NCBI GenBank assembly: GCA_963797115.1
Contig: CAWCOH010000001.1
Span: 2,251,426-2,283,425, forward strand
Origin: an uncultured Alphaproteobacteria bacterium
GTDB lineage: Bacteria; Pseudomonadota; Alphaproteobacteria; ATCC43930; CGMCC-115725
DNA: 32,000 nt
Direction of reading: 5' to 3'
Below, in pieces: positions 27,378 through 32,000 of the stretch; position 1 is the first letter of the stretch; every line of letters starts with the position of its first letter. The notes below the pieces were generated by a model. That model did not search any database and was not told the DNA's origin. It saw nothing but the letters and a program-made list of their open reading frames with translations. The position numbers and the translations under genes were made by a program.

Positions 27378-27776
27378 TCGGTCCTCCCTCGATCGTCTTT
27401 CCCAGATTGCTCCTGTCCTGGCATCTGAGTGCCTCGGAGCCGTAACGTCCGCAGACGGCTATTAACCATATTACACGAGCCGTTGCACCGGATGAAGCAT
27501 CAAAAAGCTGTACTTCTCGCGGAAGGTCAAACCCGCGGTCGAGCGGACGAAGATGCCAATATCGTCCGGCTCAACACCGTTCGACGTGGGATCAGGAACA
27601 CTGTAGCTTCGGAGCCTGTCAGAGTGACGCAGGGGTGCTCCGGGTCGCTCCAGATCCTGGTAAGGCTGAGCCTACCGCCCGAATGCGGGCCGAGAATCCG
27701 TGGCTCAGCAATGCGGGACATTGGGCGTTGCAGGAAAAACGATGAACCTCGGATTACGGCGGGCTGGACTACCCGA

Positions 27777-29042
27777 TCAATGATTGGGGGTAGTGTCGTA
27801 GTAAGCGATGATAGCTTGTTGGCGTTTCCGATATTCAACGAAGTCCTGGAATAGCGCTTCGCGCCGTGTTGGATCGAGGTGGATTGCTGCCTTCCTGGGC
27901 TTGGGGGTTCTCAGGTAATCGGTGAACTCTCGGAACAGGGCTTCGCGCTCTTTCGGATCAACGCGCTCTTGCGCAGTTGAGTTGTCGCCGGCAGTGGGTC
28001 CGGCCTTCTTTAACCACTGCTCGGCATATGGAAACCGGGTCCAACCCGAGACGGTGGCAGATATATCGAAGTCCTGCCATTTCGGATGGCGCGCTTTTAT
28101 CTCGTTGAGATGTGCATAAAAGGCGTGCACGAAACGATTTACTCGCTGATAGCGGTCTGACTTGGTAGGCCAATTATATACCATCAGGACGGTTCCCACT
28201 GCGACAGTGTTGACCGGGCCATCTTTCGAAACAAGCTCTGGATAATCGTCAAAAGTTATCTGTATTGGGGTATAATTTGGGGGAAGATTACCTGCAAACG
28301 GCAGGAAGTGTAGGTTTTCATCCTGTCTGATGTCTTGAAAAAGCCGTGATGGCTTAGTGGCCACATATACTAATGCGGAAATTTCTCGCCGCCGCAGCTT
28401 ATCGAGGGCTAGCGGCTGAGGTAAGATTGTCACGTCGGGTTGGACTCCTAGAACGTTGAAAACAGCCGTTGCAGTCGTATAGGTGCCGCTGTCATGCAGC
28501 CCGAAATTCACCTTTTTCCCTCTGAGGTCATTGATCGACTGAATATCTGGCCCAGCCAGGACGTGAAGTTCTTGATCGTAAAGCTTCGTGACGTATCGCA
28601 GGTACTTTTCAACCCCTGGAAAGGGCGGATTACGTTTGATTTCATCGAGTACGTCGGTCTGTACGATGCCGAAATCGACGCCGCGAGCGAAGATGACATC
28701 CTTGGCATTTTGCAGTGCCCCGGCCCCGGCGATCGGCAGAAGGCGCAAGCGGTTCTGTTCTCCTGCAAGACTGAGTGCCAGATCGACCGTGTAGTCGGTT
28801 CCTTCAGAGACGATGCCGAGGAGACCAGAGTTTATCTCGTCGCGCATCGCGTGACGCCATTGGGTTGCCGGGTCCACCCGATGCGCCACCGGTTTCTTGT
28901 GTTTAGCCTGAGGCTGGTCGTGCTGAAACTGGTCGGTTTGAAATTGATCCTCCTGAGACGAGTCCGCCCAAGCTTGGATTGAAGCAAACAGACCGCAGAA
29001 TGCCATTAATATAGCTCGGTTTACGTTTGCACATCTGTCCAC
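27777..29042 (-). CDS. TAXI-family TRAP-type solute-binding-protein-like periplasmic protein (orphan)
   Basis: GTG start at 29042 with GGAGGG 7 nt upstream. Signal peptide MDRCANVNRAILMAFCGLFASIQAWA/D, then a Q/D-rich linker. The core is GLLGIVSEGTDYTVDLALSLAGE..LRLLPIAGAGALQNAKDVIFARGVDFGIVQTD...HPKWQDFDISATVSGWTRFPYAEQWL. No TRAP membrane genes are nearby. Confidence 0.75.
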   Translation of the reverse strand: MDRCANVNRAILMAFCGLFASIQAWADSSQEDQFQTDQFQHDQPQAKHKKPVAHRVDPATQWRHAMRDEINSGLLGIVSEGTDYTVDLALSLAGEQNRLRLLPIAGAGALQNAKDVIFARGVDFGIVQTDVLDEIKRNPPFPGVEKYLRYVTKLYDQELHVLAGPDIQSINDLRGKKVNFGLHDSGTYTTATAVFNVLGVQPDVTILPQPLALDKLRRREISALVYVATKPSRLFQDIRQDENLHFLPFAGNLPPNYTPIQITFDDYPELVSKDGPVNTVAVGTVLMVYNWPTKSDRYQRVNRFVHAFYAHLNEIKARHPKWQDFDISATVSGWTRFPYAEQWLKKAGPTAGDNSTAQERVDPKEREALFREFTDYLRTPKPRKAAIHLDPTRREALFQDFVEYRKRQQAIIAYYDTTPNH

Positions 29043-29446
29043 TATCCACCCTCCAAATGATATCTCCCCAATCGGTTTGAAAACAATGTTTTTGAGAAAA
29101 AGTTCCGTTCACTATCGGGAGGATTGTAGCGCGCTCCTGATAACGATATTTAGGGTTAACGGATTAACGGGACTCGGGCTAATTTCTGCCCGAACTGCGG
29201 CAGCAAAACTTCGTGGCACTGGCTGCCCCGAACGGGCAGGCAGCAAGGTTTGGGAAAGAGACCGAACCCTAACACCTACGGGATCACGGTGCGCAGCTTC
29301 GCCGATCCCGATTTTCGCCATCAAGTAGTCCACCATTCATCTATGGAAACATCCCATGTGGCCGAAGTGAACGATCGCCGCTGAGGATCGTTTTCGCTGA
29401 AAACGAACCCTAAGGGACGCGGACAGAAGGCTCAGGAGACGGCGAG

Positions 29447-29680
29447 ATGAAATACCGGCGAGCGACGATCGTAACAGATGATTGGCATGGAGAGTTTGAA
29501 AGCTACGACGAGTGGGCGAGGCTCGGACCACAACCCCCTTACAGGACTGCTACCTTTTTTGATGCTCACGGGCGACGTTGCATTACTCAGCATGACTTTG
29601 CTCGGGCACGGGCCGATAGGGCATTTCCAGTGAGGTATCGTTGGGAAAGGACTGAGCCACGAAAGCGCCGCGAGGCATAG
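29447..29680 (+). CDS. small hypothetical protein (77 aa)
   Basis: AGGAG lies 8 nt before the ATG. MKYRRATIVTDDWHGEFESYDEWARLGPQPPYRTATFFDAHGRRCITQHDFARARADRAFPVRY is protein-like in composition, unlike the neighbouring frames. No family recognised. Confidence 0.35.
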   Translation: MKYRRATIVTDDWHGEFESYDEWARLGPQPPYRTATFFDAHGRRCITQHDFARARADRAFPVRYRWERTEPRKRREA

Positions 29681-30894
29681 GCTGTTCGCCCTTTGCGCTG
29701 AAAAGGTCGCGTTCCGGCAGTTAGCGTCGCTGCGCCAAGGGTATAGCAACCTGCTGATCTAGCTATGCAATGCTTTGCCCGACCCTAACCTCGGTATAAA
29801 GTTGGCCCCATCGATCCAACATCCAGCGAAGCCAGTATTGCCTCGCGGTCATGGACACGCTGCGGCAGACGACGTTCGCCTACCACCGAATGATGACAAA
29901 ACCGTGGCAGCTCAGATGAAATCCTGTTCATCCGGCGTTCGGCTCAGAAACGGACGGCGCCGCTGTTTTTGCTGTTTTTGCAGGAAATTAACAGCAGCCA
30001 TTAACTTTTCCTCCGCAGAAATCGTGTCTTCCGGCGCCGTGACGACCCGAAGAACAGCGGGTTCGGGCAGCCCCGCGACGAATCATCGACCCGATGGCCA
30101 ATGTCGTGGGATGCGCATTGGCCTGACGGCGAGCGGGCTTCACCCATCCACGATGCAAGATCAGTGGATTGTCAAAATCGCATAACTAGCGCAATTTGTC
30201 AAGACAACGCCTTCCGCCTTCGTGGTCTTGGCTGGGCTCGACCTGCGGGTTTTCAGCCCACGGACTTGAACAGTAGCATCCACGGACTCCCACAGGCCCT
30301 GCAGCTCCTGTGGATGCCCGGCCCAAGGCCGGGCGTGGACGATAGAGGGTCGCCGCGGGTGCACCATCTGAATGCATCGGCCACCACATACCTTGTGGAG
30401 AAAGCATCGAAGGTTCGGCCCGAAGGGGCAGTTCGTTCGGCCCGTTCGAAGCGGTCAAATCGTCGATGGTCTGCCCGATCTGTCGCAAAAGCTGCGCGCT
30501 TGACCATTATTGCAAGAAAGCGATGTACGCCGATCGACCGGCCTTTTCATTTCGGCCATCACCTAAATCTTGCGTCGCGTGCGCCGACCGATAGCATGAC
30601 GCAAAGTATTGATGCCCCAGACTCGCTGCCCTTTTTGACCAGGTGATAACCGAGTGGACCCTGACAAATACTGGACAGGTGAGAGTGGGACTTTCCAAAT
30701 ACCTAAAATAATTCGACATAAGGCAACTTATCCGACATTTTGTTGTAGGCGCCCGATCAACATGTCAACCGGGTGCCGGTTTGAACTGACACTCCTCCGG
30801 ATTTTGGTCGACCCCGCGGGTGCCTGGAATAACTCTGAGTATGGCAAAGGGCTTAGCGGTCCAGGTAATGTACAGTCGCGCCTCAGAATATCTT

Positions 30895-31863
30895 CTAATG
30901 AGCAAAGCCGAACAGCGCCTGCGCGTTGTGGTGCAGGATCTTGTCGGTGTCGGACTTGGGTAGGCCGAGCCGCTCGATATAGGCGAAGGTCTCCTTGTAG
31001 GCTTCGTAATCCTGCAATACCGGGTAGTCGCTGCCGGTCACCAGGTGATCCGCACCAAAGGCTTCGAGCGCGCAGGTGAAGGCGGCCTTCGAGCCGTAGC
31101 ACACCGTGTCGTACCAGAATTTCTTGGCCGTGACACTCGGCGCCTCGGCGAGATTGCTGTGGCCGCTCTGGCTCTGGCCCTGCTGGTCGAGCCGGTTCAA
31201 CAGCATCGGGATCGGGCCGCCCAAATGCGGCACGATGAATTTGATGCTCGGATACCGGCGCGGGATCTGCTTGGCGATCATGTGCAGCACAAAGGTGGCG
31301 TCCTCGAGTGAGGTGCCGACCGACGACCGCCAGCCGTAATCGACGATGAAGGGCGAGCAGATCCCCGATCCGGCCGGGTGCACGAACAACACGGCGCCGC
31401 GCCGGTTCATCTCGGCATAGATCGGCTCGAACTCGGTCTCGGCGATCGAGCGGCCGAGGCAGATGATGTTCATGTTGACGCCGACGCAGCCCAACTGGTC
31501 GAAGCCGCGCTCCATCTCCTTCAGCGCCGCGTCGATATGGGGCAATGGCAGCATCACGTAGGAGGCGATGCGCTGCGGATGGCGGTGCGCCAGGTCGGCG
31601 TAGCCGTCGTTGAGCATCTGCACCGCTTTGACGCACTCCGCCTCGTCGGGAAGGTAAGGCGGATGGTTCGGCGATAGGACCTGCTTTTCCACCCCGGCCT
31701 CATCCATCAGCCTGAACCGGCCCTCGATGTCCTCCGGCGAATCCGAGAACGGGTGCCGCGCCATGCCGCGCTTGACCGGCAGATGGACCGGCGAGGCGAA
31801 CCGGTCGCCCATGAACTGGCTGAAATTCTTCGGCGTATAGTGCGCGTGGACGTCGCAGATCAT
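30895..31863 (-). CDS. amidohydrolase-2 family metal-dependent hydrolase/decarboxylase (ACMSD-like)
   Basis: 322 aa. MICDVHAHY (HxH metal motif), VLFVHPAG, FIVPHLGG, LVTGSDYP. AGGAA lies about 7 nt before the ATG. G+C returns to the high background exactly at this gene. Confidence 0.85.
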   Translation of the reverse strand: MICDVHAHYTPKNFSQFMGDRFASPVHLPVKRGMARHPFSDSPEDIEGRFRLMDEAGVEKQVLSPNHPPYLPDEAECVKAVQMLNDGYADLAHRHPQRIASYVMLPLPHIDAALKEMERGFDQLGCVGVNMNIICLGRSIAETEFEPIYAEMNRRGAVLFVHPAGSGICSPFIVDYGWRSSVGTSLEDATFVLHMIAKQIPRRYPSIKFIVPHLGGPIPMLLNRLDQQGQSQSGHSNLAEAPSVTAKKFWYDTVCYGSKAAFTCALEAFGADHLVTGSDYPVLQDYEAYKETFAYIERLGLPKSDTDKILHHNAQALFGFAH

Positions 31864-32000
31864 CGCGGGATTCCTGTGGCTGATCCTATCAGGCCAGGGT
31901 AGGCCGTGCCGGCATACCCCGGCAAGCCGCTGCTGTCGCGGTCACGATCTCGCGAGGGATCTTCTGCTATGATACGGCATGGTGAACTTCCCCCATTTCC

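Noticed and set aside
29775-30646. ORFs 29775..30185(+), 30101..30646(+), 30186..30488(-) and 30253..30507(-) in the island.
   Set aside because: No start signals, and the mutually overlapping frames have Arg/Ser/Pro-rich or Cys-rich nonsense composition with no recognisable motifs. They may be pseudogene debris but cannot be called.

Overview
High-G+C chromosomal segment. The REP-hairpin style suggests an alphaproteobacterium (Rhizobiales/Bradyrhizobiaceae-like), but the taxon is inference only. It falls into four parts. (1) 0.3-10.8 kb, ordinary metabolism: a minus-strand operon of a frameshifted CocE/NonD hydrolase, DUF72 and an FAD monooxygenase; a small ORF with its own strong terminator; a luciferase-like monooxygenase; and a three-gene 2-oxoacid oxidoreductase operon (GltD-like/ferredoxin fusion + korA + korB). 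(2) 11.2-18.7 kb, one long minus-strand gene string: secreted HAD hydrolase (1-nt frameshift), formylglycine-generating enzyme, 4-TM protein, DUF202 protein, REP/BIME-like element, signal-less arylsulfatase, DUF1622 protein, 418-aa SAM methyltransferase, beta-barrel OMP. (3) 18.9-26.2 kb, a mobile-element graveyard: an IS5-superfamily transposase broken by a 26-nt segment carrying a REP-type hairpin, a DUF6788-like ORF, the 5' stump of a second (secreted) sulfatase, an OmpA-like lipoprotein, an intact IS21 (istA/istB) inserted with a 5-bp target duplication into an AraC-family gene, a decayed tandem AraC paralogue and an IS1595 transposase remnant. (4) 26.2-30.9 kb: a visibly lower-G+C island with one intact long gene (orphan TAXI-like solute-binding protein), a few small ORFs and about 1.85 kb with no convincing ORF. 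G+C-rich DNA resumes with an amidohydrolase-2 gene. I saw no rRNA, tRNA or CRISPR array, and no recognisable defence, secretion or toxin system. The best leads are the sulfatase/FGE operon with three uncharacterised membrane proteins, the REP hairpin inside a transposase gene, and the low-G+C island. Several frameshifts could be real decay or assembly errors.
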